This document shows positions 12,201 to 23,544 of a DNA stretch of 64,000 nucleotides, piece after piece (within the stretch, counting starts at the first letter, position 1; each line of letters starts with the position of its first letter). The stretch comes from Macrostomum lignano. Lineage: Eukaryota. A program made the position numbers and the translations under genes. The notes below the pieces were generated by a model. It was not told the origin of the DNA, made no database searches, and saw only the letters and a program-made list of their open reading frames with translations. The stretch is taken from NCBI GenBank assembly GCA_002269645.1, contig NIVC01000143.1, forward strand, positions 434,001 through 498,000, in the 5' to 3' direction.

Positions 12201-14062
12201 TCGAAGTGACTCCTGGCAGTTTCGTCCGAATGAACTTTATCCAGCAGCTTGCAGAGCACTCGAGCATCCAGTTTTGTTGCGTGCAGGCAGTTGAGATTGA
12301 AAATGTTGGTAGCAGTCACATCTACTTGCTTGACAAGCAGCTTGAATCGATCCAAAATGTGCTGCTCGACTCCATCAAAGGTGAGTTGGCTCTGCATCAG
12401 CGAATGTAGCAAAGTGTTTCCTCTAATGTCGGTGCGGCAGAGATCATCTTTTGTCATCTTTTTGATAATGTCCGTAAAGTTCAGTCTTACTGGAGAAGTC
12501 CTTTTTGTTGACTCTCCGCCCGAACCAAAATTGTCCATCACGTCGATCGCCAGCTGAAGCACTGATTGATTTTTGTTATTTCGTTTGCTTAAAGTTTTAT
12601 TCATTTCAGATTTATCTCGTGGAAGCATAAGCTCTAACAATTCTCTTTTATCTGCTCTTTTTGCAGCAATGTGGAAGATTGTATTGCCTGCTTCGTCGGC
12701 AGTCTGAAGGTTTTCGACTTTTGTTATCTTAAGCAGCTCTCGAACTGTTTCCAAGCTGCAATTTTCAACAGCGTAATGAAGAACGGTAGATTGGTGCTTG
12801 TTTTTTTCCATGAGACAGTCGGGAAGGTCATTCGACCGACTTTCTGTTTGAGATTGGTCAGCAGTCTGGCCTTTGTCGCGCTGATTTTGTTCTATGGCGG
12901 CTTTTGTGGCGCTTTCTGGGCCCTGAGCCGCCCCTGGGTCAGAAGTCTGGCCTTTGTCGCGCAGACTTTTTTCTACATTTATGGCGGCTTGAACTACTTT
13001 CAGAAGCACAGAATTTTTTTGACCGCTTTCTGGGCGCTGAGCCGCTGCTGGGTTAGCAGTCAGGTCTTTGTCGCTCTTACTTTGTTCAATGGCGGCTTTG
13101 ACAGCTTCCAGAAGCACTGCATCTCTTCCTGGGCGCTGAGCCAGCGCATGCAGACATGTGCTGCCCTGCTTGTCCTTTAATTTGTACCAATTCGGCAGCA
13201 AATCTTCTAAGCGTTTAATAAGTTTGGTTGCTACTTTCTCGTTGTTGTGCTGGAGGGCCAAGTGTAGAACCGTTTCTCCCAGCTCGTTTGTCCTTTTCAA
13301 CCAATCCTTTTTGCTCCGTGAAGTCACCTGCAGCAAAAGCTTAATGACATTTATTTCGTTTTTAGCTGCGAAATGAGCAATGGTATTGCGATCGATATCT
13401 TTTTTGTCGAGTATGTCCTTTGCCTTACCAATTCCGTTCATGATCTCTGTAATAACTTTCTTTTTGCAATACTGAAGTGCATAGTGCAATACTGTTTCAT
13501 GTCTGTTGTTTTTCCATTTCCAAAAAACTCTGCACTGCACTCTGCACAAACTCTCTGAAGCGACTTTCTGCACTGTAAGCACCATTCGGCATTCATTCTT
13601 ATTTTGAGTAGCCCAGTGGGCGCAAGTGTTTCCCTTAGCGTCTCTCAACCTAAATAGGTTGACCGTTTTCACCGCTTTGAAATTGTTTTCCCAAGACTGA
13701 GCTGAGTGATAGCGGGCTGACAGATGCAAAGGAGTGACCTTGTCAAGGTCAGGACTCGTGAGGCAGTCTCCGAATTTTTTGATGAGTTGAGTAAGTGCAT
13801 CTTCTCCATTCTGATGCATGGCTGCATGATGAGCGGCTGTTCTGTGATTGTCGTCATGTAGCAGTTTCAGATTACCTGGCGCGGCAGGTTCAGTACTTAA
13901 AATGCCAAGGACGTATTCGAACTCGGCTTTACTTGCAAGTAGAAGCAGCCTCGTGCTTGGATCTTGTTCAATTGCATCTGTTGTCCATAAACTAAGGGTC
14001 TTTTTCATAGACAAAACATTTCTAGCTGCGCGCTTGAACTTTGTAGCTGCACTGTCCGCCAT
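9289..14062 (-). CDS. Ankyrin-repeat TRP cation channel, paralog 1 (~1,533 aa)
   Basis: Exons 14062-9809 (gtaagt donor, phase 0) and 9636-9289. ATG at 14062 (MADSAAT) chosen because its context matches the paralog 2 start. About 15 TxLHxA-type ankyrin motifs, six TM segments, MNLLIALF at the end of S6, TRP helix and C-terminal coiled coil. Confidence 0.9.
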
Positions 14063-14430
14063 TGAAAGAGGCTTTTGATGCCGCTGATTGACAGGTAAAG
14101 ATCTGCAAATAAGTGTTCGATACTTTTTAAAAATCGGGTGAATATCATTTATCTTGGATGCAAAGTTATTGTACAAAATTACATAACTCGTACGAGCTAC
14201 ATAAATTTTTACCATGCCATTTAATTATAAAAACACTTGCGCCCGTAAACAAAACGTCTTCGCTTTTTTACTCTGCTTCTAGAAATGCGTCAGACTCTCT
14301 CCAATTAGCAGGTTTTCTGCTACAATTCCTGTTTATGACCTTCGAATGTCACGCTCCTAAACGGTAGTACACCTGGCCATTTTCAAAGTCTACCAATGGT
14401 AGGGGATTCTTCCTGGCAATTTTCTTTACT

Positions 14431-15862
14431 GTGCCGGAATGAAGCGGAACACGAAATTCAAGAACACGGACCAATTTTTTGTTGTCACCTTCTCAAACAA
14501 GAATCAAGTCGCCGGCCCTCTGGACCGTTGAGATTTTTTCAATAAGCGCTTGTGTATTCAATGCACCCCTGTGCGCCAATCAGTACTGCGCCCCAGTTCG
14601 GCTTCTCCAAGCCTCCAAATTTCATCAGCACGTCGACCACATTACAATTACATCTGCGTCAGATCTGACTTGTTTAGTCACTGGAATTTAACTAGGCGGA
14701 TCTTTTGGACCTTCAATAGGTAGCACCAGGTAACTATGTGTGACGTTGTCAATTGAGGTGGCCCCGACAAGGGCCGTTTTAGCGAAAGCAGTGCCATTCT
14801 ATAATATTGTTAATTTGATGGTCTCGTACTCTAACGTCTGCTTATAGTAATGCCCAAGGAATTTTAACAACATTGCGTGACGTTCGTAAGCCTATGTACA
14901 ATGCGATCGATAATTTCTGTTTTTCAAGTTGGTTCTCGCGCCGGCCAATAGGAAAGCCGCGCATATATTATGCTAGCCTAAAATTAAGCCTTTGTCATGC
15001 ACCTACCCCAGCCCGCTCGTTTTCAGTCCTGTCTGGCTGGGGGGCCCGGGGTACTCTCGCTCTCTCGCTCGCTCTCTCTCTCTCACTCGCTCTCCGCCAC
15101 TGCCAAGTTTGCTCGGGCAAGTCCACTCTTAAGTCACGCCACTGTCCCGAGTGGGAATCACGCCACGCCTTCACCGTCGCCACTTCATCGCGGTGGCCCA
15201 TTAGCTATCGATCGCCATTTTTTTTGCCTGCCGCAGTGCCCAGAGTACCATAGCACGGATTCAGCACCCGTGCCACTCCCAGGCCCAGTCCCACTCTCAT
15301 ATTGCCTACAGAAACCTATAGCGAGCGGGTCTATCTGACCATAATAAATTGTTGCCATCGGCCATAACCTAACAATTACATTGACTGCGGTTAATTCTGA
15401 GTGCTACCGCTACACAATTTGCCTCCGTTGTTATTCGCCTTCGTCATTTGATCCTGGGAAAGTGTGCCTTTAAATCGTCACAATGGACACTTGCGAATTT
15501 CTAAAGTTTCGCTGATAAAGCCTCGACAGTCGGCAACCCTCAACTGCTGGACATCATCAGCCAGTCTCTCAAGTATTCCGTCACAACCACTAACAACGTC
15601 GGTACCTACAAAAGATTAAACCAGGTGACCAAGCACACTCTGTCGCGAATTTCTCTACTTTTGCTGATACTGAATACCCAGGCACCTAATTGGAAAGATC
15701 CGACCTTCTGGCAAAATCTTTGCATGTATATATATAGATGGTCCGGAGGGCTGGCGACTTGATTATTGTTTGAGAAGGTGGCAACAAAAAATCAGCCTGT
15801 GTTCTTGAATTTCTTGTGCCTGCGTTGCTTCGTTTAGGAGCAGCAAAAATATATCAGGGGGA
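14431..15862. repeat. Inverted pair of a ~100-130 bp repeat (14431-14526 and 15739-15862) enclosing degenerate repeat DNA
   Basis: caccttctcaaacaagaatcaagtcgcc at ~14486 vs ggcgacttgattattgtttgagaaggtg at ~15752. The same inverted pair recurs at 31819-31920 and 32103-32225. Confidence 0.7.
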
Positions 15863-16994
15863 TCCCTTTGCTAGTTCGACTGTTAATTGTCAGTGTTGAG
15901 ATGTGACGCTAGCAGTTAATTAAACTGCGTACTAACTGCGACCAACTTAATTCAAATGTTACTATTGGCCACTAAAATGCTAAAATTGGCCACTTATAAT
16001 TTGAGCGTATGGGTATAGCTATAGTCTCTATAATGCATTTAAAACAATTTCCAAATAGAATTGTCAAAATTTCGTGAAAATTTCGCTTTTGCCAATGTAC
16101 AATCTGTAGCACTCAGGATTTTTCACCCTCTTAAAGATGTCTTTGATCCAATGTCTTAAAGCAGACAGAATCGAGACTAATACAATATGTATCGATTCTC
16201 GGTGTCATTCAAATTCTAAAGCTGTAGCCAGAAGCAGAGATTATCGCGCCAAGTATTGACTTTTTTATTAAGTAGAAGTACATTTGTGATAAAAGGCTAA
16301 TATCCGCTTCAGAGACACAGAAATCCGCTTTACTTTTCACACCTAGGTTGGCATTCTATGTTGGCGCTCGATATGCTTTGTCTCAAACGACGTTCAAACG
16401 CAGGTAAAAAATCGGCGGGACACAAAAGGTGTTTCTTACGCACCGAGACCTCGTCTGGCCCCCACTACACCACTTATTGGTACACTGCTGCATACTCGTA
16501 CTGTACCATCAGAATTGCATGTAACCACATCAAGATATAGTGCACATTTCCAAAATATAAAATATACTCAGCACAGCCAAAAGTACAATCCCTAGCGGGA
16601 GGCGGTACTCAAGTGTGCTTGCGGTTTACCCCTAAGTTGCGTTACTTGCGGTTTGAAGACCGCTCGCTTGGGGTGCTACTTCTGACTGTTGATGAATATA
16701 AAAATGGTTTACCAGTGTTTTGTCGGTGATAGATTTCCCGAAGATTCTCATGGAGTTGTAACCTATGGCTAGAACGTCGGATTTACAAATAAAAGGTCGA
16801 CAATGGTTTGATTCTCGACCCACCCAGAACAATTTGTTTTTGATTAAATCTGCATCGCTTCAGCTCACAGCTGTCAAATGAGTACCAACATTAGCTGGGG
16901 TAATTGAGGGTGTAATTATCAGCCCTACTAATAGTATGTATGAATTTTACTGCTTTTCATAGGTAACAGGAAAATTAATGCTCTGCTGACTCAC

Positions 16995-17031
16995 CTTTAC
17001 CGCCTCAGAAGGCTTCAAGCCTAGGCGAGAC
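16995..17031 (-). other. Putative 37-nt non-coding 5'UTR exon of TRP paralog 1
   Basis: ctgcag|37 nt|gtgag on the minus strand. A homologous 37-nt exon with intact sites is at 33106-33142. Confidence 0.55.
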
Positions 17032-18015
17032 CTGCAGTATTGTATAGTAGGAAGTTCAATCGCTGTTTCTTTCTGAAAATTAAACATTGTTTTCCAAAAT
17101 TGTAGCTGATAAACATGATAAGTTTGCCATGAACTTATTAGAGCCTTAGGTGCTGTAGGTAGTTAAAAGTACAAATTCACTATAAGTACAAATACAAAAT
17201 AATATGGAAAAGAATCTTCAAGAAAATCATCCAACTTTTGATTGAGTAAAGTAATGACAAAGAACTTTCGCGAACTGCACTACACTGCACTACAGTTGCA
17301 GTTTTTGTCCAGATATTACTAAGCTACACAGCTCGCTTCGCTTAGAGCTTGTCTGAGACCGCCGCGAAATACCGTATATAAAAAGGCTGACAAAACGACA
17401 AACTAAAACCTAAAACCTCCGAAACCTAAAATCATTTTAATAAACTTTAATTTAATAGTCTACTAATAGTAGCAATATAAGAAAAATACACTATCAGTAT
17501 CATTCACAAAAATATGCTCAATAAATAAATTAACTGCGCTACTTAACTAGTCGCTAATCACTTCTTAACAGCAGTAGTTATATGTTCGGTTTCTGAGTAT
17601 TGCAATTTGATATAGGGTACTGGACGCTCTTTGCACACTCCAGTCTATTTGTTTATCCAAGAGAAATATAAAATTTTAAGAGACAATTTCGCTATAAAAT
17701 ACTTTGAATGCTGGCATTTTGTCCCTAATTACTATTTAGGACTATACTGCCAGTAATACTACAGCGATAGTTAAAATTTGACATTTAAGTATGCAAGTAT
17801 CGTCACAGTTCTATCAGGACGTAACACACTCGCGTTCTCTAAAAAAAAATAGGGAGAATTGCGCACTGATACAACCGCAACTACTTTTCGTCTATGATTG
17901 ATAATTGAGTAGAAGCGTGTAAATTTTATAAAAATTATTAAAATTATCGAGTGTATGAGAAAGTTACAGATACGTTTCTACCATATTAGTAATTTGAACA
18001 ATTTTTGTTACTCAC

Positions 18016-18103
18016 TGAAATAATGTGGATTTCAGAAGTCCCTCTCGAGCTGCTGGCGTGCAACTTGAGTTATGAGCTCGTATACTTGCAGCTCGATTTG
18101 CAC
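18016..18103 (-). other. Putative upstream 5'UTR exon of TRP paralog 1
   Basis: gtgagta donor conserved with 33911 in the duplicate. The acceptor (catcag) is less certain. Confidence 0.4.
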
Positions 18104-19574
18104 CTGATGCAGTTTTTTATCTGCTCACCAAAGGGAACTTCGGTAGCTAACAGTGTCGCCCAGTGTTGAGTTGAGCTGGAGTGGCTTACCGAGAGTTTTT
18201 TAGCTCGCACAATGCCCACTGCACCAACCCCATCATGGTCTGGCATCTAAGCATACGAAGCAATACATCACTTCGACTATATTTCTATATGAATGGATTT
18301 TAAGTCTATAGTTTCGAGGGACCGCAGCTCTAGCTGCTGTGTCTATTCAAGTATCTTTCTTTCTGTAAAAATAGAAGTTTTTGGACTGTCAGCGTGGCAG
18401 CTTTTCTCTCCCATATTGTTGGACAGATGAAACCCAGCGGAAAAAAAACGTGAAAAATAACTAAGAACCACTCCATCTGGAAGCGTAAACTAACGCTTGA
18501 ATTGTGTTTTTTTAAGCTAAACTGTCGATGCACAATAGCCAGTTTCGGCACTGAGACTGCAGTCCACGGTATCTAAGAGTAAGAACGAAGGGGGGCAGAG
18601 CTGCGCAGCGGTAAACGCGCGCGAGTGTCGCGCTAAGACCCTTGGTTTGATAGAGACAGGTGATACACAGTGTGTTCCCTTGACAACAGATATTTTTGTT
18701 TATTTTATTAAGAAGCAACTGCCTACTACAAAATAGCATAACGTTGTTTTTAATGAAGATAGGACAACTTCTCCGTAAATTGCGTTTAAAGTGTTAAAAA
18801 TGTAATGTATTGAAAAATCAATATGGATAAAATTCAATGGATTGAATCCTATTTAGTACTGAATTCTTTGTTTCCAAGTTGAAGTTTATATCGAACATAG
18901 GCAATGAAAATCCACCTTATAAGCATAGAAATTAGAGTAAGTCTTAGTAAACCTTATTGATTATTAAATTCCGAATGTTCCACTAAAGTCCCTATGCTTG
19001 CTGTGCTGTTCACTAGTTTTGAATTTTGGAATGGAAATTGAGAAGTCATAAAATGTCACAATCTCGTTAAATATAAAAATAGAAAGAATTCATTGAGTAG
19101 CACAATTTGCGTTTATTAGCTACTTCGATAGGATCATAAAAACCAAAGCAATAAATTTATAGTGTAGATGCTACGTAATACAGCACAATATCCGCCACGC
19201 AATCCTCCCCATGGATGTAGTGCATCCGCCCCCCCCCGATCCCTCGAGATGTAATGCATCCGCCCCCGCAATCCTCCGATTACAGTGCTCCTGTTCAACA
19301 GTGGATTATAATGTAGATTCCCATCAACCACTTCTAAAATACTCGTACTAGTACGCTCGTATTCTACTACTAGTAGTAGTTGCCGTAGCAGTCATTGGTA
19401 CGATATCTGCACAAAATGAATACAAAAATAATCGCCACTCCAAATTACCTAAAAGGTGGTAATATTCTAGCTGGCTAAAAATCATATAAAACGCTATGAT
19501 ATAACTATTATAACTGGGACGTGTTTGATCCGTTTGTCAAAATCTATAACGTAATTGATTTATGTGGTCACTCC

Positions 19575-20010
19575 GCAGTGACAAACACTCCACAGAGTGA
19601 CAAAACCCTTCACAGAGTGGCAAAACCGTCCCCAGAGTGACAAGACCCTCCCTAGAAAGAAGAAACCCTTCCCAGAATGACGAACCCTCCACAGAGTGAC
19701 AAAACCCTTCACAGAGTTACAAAGCCCTCCACAAAGAGACAAACCCTCCACAGAGTGACAAAACCTTCCCAGAGTGACAAAACCTTCCCAGAGTGACCAA
19801 ACCCTCCCCAGAGTGACAAAACCCTCCCCAGAGTGACAAAACCCTCCCCAGAGTGACAAAACCCTCCCCAGAGTGACAAAACCCTCCACAGAGTGACAAA
19901 ACCCTCCCCAGAGTGACAAAACCCTCCCCATAGTGGCGAGCCTGTTCACAGTGACAAATCCATCCACAGAGAGACAAAGACTTTCCAGTGTGACAAAAAT
20001 CCCTTCCCAA
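19575..20010. repeat. 20-nt minisatellite (agagtgacaaaaccctcccc)
   Basis: Tandem units; positional homologue of the 36255-37075 array. Confidence 0.95.
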
Positions 20011-20689
20011 AGTGACAGTCTCTTGACTGGTTTACAAAAGAGCAACTACAAACGCAAATAATCAGCATACTATTGCGTGGCATTAGAGACAAAAAACGTG
20101 TAAAATACAAAGCATAGAATACAAGAATAAATACTCAAAATAGTGGCAAACAACCCCAGGTTATAAGCAACCAGGAGTTAATGAGGGGTAACCAAGATTT
20201 CAGCTGCATTCAAGCCTAAAGCCCAGAAAGAAGACATACAGTATAGACAGCACAGTTTTGCTCGTAACAGAAATTATTAAAGCAATATTAAATAGAACCC
20301 CATTCAAAACTTGGGCAAGTAGGCAGGATGTCAGTTAAGCAAAATGTTAATTCATGTCAATAACTTTTTTACATTAGCATAGACCTAAGTTGTATTGTGC
20401 ACCTCACAGCTGATCATGAGCTGATCATGAGCATGAAAAGTGAGCTAAAATTAAAAATCTTAAGTTTTTTATTTACAGTTCAAATATACTCGCACAAAAA
20501 AAATCTACTAAGTAGTATTTGTGATCTTCAAATAAATATTCTATCACGTTTTGATAATGCGTAAAAGTTATAAGACAGAATGCTTAACAAAGTCGCATAC
20601 AAAAAAGCGACAAAGATTACAGATAAAAAGAACAAATAGTATTAAAAAGATATAGAAACATTGATCACATTAACTTTTAGTGCAGGGAT

Positions 20690-21170
20690 GAGATGGTCAA
20701 TCGCTGATTGGTCGGCTAGTCCATAGGGGCTTGGGCGGGGTTGGGCAGGGAGTGAGGCGGGGCGATCGCTGATTGGTCGGCTAGTCAATGGAGGTTGGGC
20801 AGGGAGTGAGGAGGGCAATCGCTGATTGGTCGGCTAGTCCATAGGGGCTTGGGCGAGGTTGGGCAGGGAGTGAGGCGGGGCGATCGCTGATTGGTCGGCT
20901 AGTCCATAGGGGCTTGGGCGGGGTTGGGCAGGGAGTGAGGCGGGGCGATCGCTGATTGGTCGGCTAGTCAATGAAGGTTGGGCAGGAAGTGAGGAGGGCA
21001 ATCGCTGATTGGTCGGCTAGTCCATAGGGGCTTGGGCGGGGTTGGGCAGGGAGTGAGGCGGGGCGATCGCTGATTGGTCGGCTAGTCTATGGAGGTCGGG
21101 CAGGGAGTGAGGAGGGCAATCGCTGATTGGTCGGCTAGTCCATAGGGGCTTGGGCGAGGTTGGGCAGTCC
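20690..21170. repeat. 65/53-nt tandem repeat containing CCAAT and GC boxes
   Basis: Eight copies of ctgattggtcggctagtc spaced 65,53,65,65,53,65,53 nt. Confidence 0.92.
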
Positions 21171-21210
21171 ACTAGCGATATGTTTGTAGTACACAATAAA
21201 CTGAATAGAG

Positions 21211-21571
21211 TCAAGCACAAAGTTCAAGCCACTCTTTCATGGCGGCAAAGCCGGTTCTATTAAGAGCGGAAACTTCGGCAACAGACACCTCTTGTCTGGA
21301 GTGACGAAGTATATCGTCCAGCATGAATAGGTGCATAAATTTGCCTTTGTCAGCTTCTGATGTTACAAGGTCGCTGGAATGAATTGCACACATGAATCAT
21401 ATTTAGTGAACAAATGATATGATGAATGAAGCGAAGAGACAGTCAGGTCACTCACAGTTTATTAAACAACAGCAAAATTTTGGAGCTCTGAGTTTGCGGA
21501 CTGTTCAACAGGTGAATGAACTGGATGGTGGCAGCACCAACCTGCTGCAGGTTTGATGCGTCAACTACAAA
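21211..21571 (-). CDS. ARL16: ARL16-like small GTPase, last two exons only (5' exons not found)
   Basis: Exon 21571-21456 (FVVDASNLQQVGAATIQFIHLLNSPQTQSSKILLLFNKL) splices in phase 2 to 21373-21211 (DLVTSEADKGKFMHLFMLDDILRHSRQEVSVAEVSALNRTGFAAMKEWLELCA*). This matches the ARL16 C-terminal half as recalled (FVMDAS...ILFNKIDL...EISA..G.GL..V..WL). GT-AG sites intact, no stops. Confidence 0.75.
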
Positions 21572-21691
21572 CTGCATGGATAAGTTGGCAGTGTGGGTGA
21601 CAATATTTATTTATTACGCATATTATACTCATATTGAATTTAAATGCATTACAAGTGTTATTTGCCTTGTGGATCTAACAGGGTGACAGTA

Positions 21692-22395
21692 ACACAGCAA
21701 CTGAGGATCTGCAACGCTAGCGCAGCAACTGAGGATCTGGGGGCTGGTGGCCCAGCAACTGAGGATCTGGGAGGCTGGTGCAGCAACTGAGGATCTGGGA
21801 GGCTGGTGCAGCAACTGACGATCTGAGAGGCTGGTGCAGCAACTGAGGATATGGGAGGCTGGTGGCCCAGCAACTGAGGATCTGGGAGGCTGGTGGCCAG
21901 CAACTGAGGATATGGGAGACTGGTGGCCCAGCAACTGAGGATCTGGGAGGCTGGTGGCCAAGCAACTGAGGATCTGGGGGGCTGGTGGCCAAGCAACTGA
22001 GGATCTGGGAGGCTGGTGGCCCAGCGCCCAGCAACTGAGGATCTGGGAGGCTGGTAGCCAATCAACTAAGGATCTGGGGGCTGGTGGCCCAGCAACTGAG
22101 GATCTGGGAGGCTGGCCCAGCAACTGAGGATCTGGGAGGCTGGCCCAGCAACTGAGGATCAGGGAGGCTGGTGGCCCAGCAACTAAGGATCTGGGAGGCT
22201 GGCCCAGCAACTAAGGATCTGGGAGGCTGGCCCAGCAACTGAGGATCTGGGAGGCTGGCCCAGCAACTAAGGATCTGGGAGGCTGGCCCAGCAACTAAGG
22301 ATCTGGGAGGCTGGCCCAGCAACTAAGGATCTGGGAGGCTGGCCCAGCAACTAAGGATCTGGGAGGCTGGCCCAGACACTGAGGATCTGGGAGGG
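21692..22395. repeat. 28-31-nt minisatellite (cagcaactgaggatctgggaggctggcc)
   Basis: Tandem units; same family at 37675-38642 and 39283-39500. Confidence 0.95.
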
Positions 22396-23139
22396 CAGTG
22401 GTTTATACTGCAAAAGCAGAAATTCTACAACAGATGAGGCAGAGGGTTCCAAGGCAAAACGAAGTCACATTAAATTCAGTACAAATCACAGCTACTAAGT
22501 GAACGACTGCAACAAACAGCTGAAAGTCGCGCATGCATGCAGAAGACGGCACAGTGATCAGCTGCCAGTTCAGAAATACTTGCAGCGAAACAAAAGCTCG
22601 TACAAAAACAGCTCGACTGCCAACTGCCTGCGTTACGTATTTGATCCAGTTGGCTAACAATTAAAAAATTACTTACAAAACTAGAGATTATAACAAAAAT
22701 GATGAATTAAAGTTTAACGTGGACAGTAATTTTGCTGTAATGCCCATAACAAACTGAAATAGGATTAAGAATTAAGATCAAATGAACCGCAGAAAGGAAA
22801 AAACAGTAGATATTGCATATTGCGTGCATATTGTTTGCAAATGTTAAGTAAACACCAGATAAGCATTTCGGTTGTGGGAAGAGTGGAGGACGAAGATTGA
22901 GTGGATTGAAGCTTCACTGTTTTTTTCAAGCATTTGTTTATGTAAAAATGGTTGGCCAGGTGATAGACGCTGGTCGAAAGACACTGCTCACTGGCGCAAA
23001 GGGTGACGACTTTCAATGTTGCTGAAGTATATATTACACTGAAAAGAGGAGATACTCTAGGCATAAACTACGAGGCGAAGCCTGAATACTAAACGAACAC
23101 TGAAACGAGGAGTTGACTATATTTCAAGCTAAGTTGTAA

Positions 23140-23345
23140 CAACTATCTACCATTTAATTTTTGTATATTTGCAATGATTTTTTATCAGATCATTTTTCCC
23201 TCGCGGCTTCCTATGGGAGGAAGGCTTTCACAATTCGTTAATTGGCCAGTTCGATCCGGAGATTAGTCAAATTGCTCGACCTAATGAAGTCAATGGTCGG
23301 ATTCCTCGCGAACAAATACTCGACTTTGAGGCCAAGGCTAAGGTG
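23140..23345 (+). pseudogene. Decayed duplicate of MOGS exon 4 with flanking intron sequence
   Basis: ttttccctcgcggcttcctatgggaggaaggctttcacaattcgttaattggccagttcgatccggagattagtc is nearly identical to 3705-3780, with internal deletions. The upstream intron tail and AG/GT sites were also copied. Confidence 0.9.
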
Positions 23346-23544
23346 AGCTTTTGTTTATATTTATTTTTGAGTCTTTTGAGCCTTTTGAGCCTTCAATCGC
23401 TTTATTTCATCAGCTGTTTGAGTTGAATAAAATTTAATTTGTTAAAAATAAATGCGTGTTTTAAAACATTCTCATGCCTTTTCGTTTATCTTTCAACGAT
23501 GTAATTTTTGCGTTTCTTTTCATCAAGCAATTAGAAAAGTATTT

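Noticed and set aside
14063-14215. 51-aa N-terminal extension of TRP paralog 1 from the ORF track
   Set aside because: Not conserved as a frame in paralog 2, crosses a conserved splice acceptor, and the ATG at 14062 aligns with the paralog 2 start.
14737-15380. Solo LTR (TG...CA, AATAAA at 15343)
   Set aside because: No target-site duplication at any plausible boundary and no convincing PBS or PPT; treated only as an unclassified insertion unique to unit 1.
16750-16825. tRNA gene
   Set aside because: Only a loose tRNA/SINE-head resemblance; stems and boxes are too degenerate to call.
22765-23064. Missing 5' exon of ARL16 (KLQ...STLPTT resemblance)
   Set aside because: No GxxxxGK(T/S) P-loop in any frame and no donor site at the expected position.
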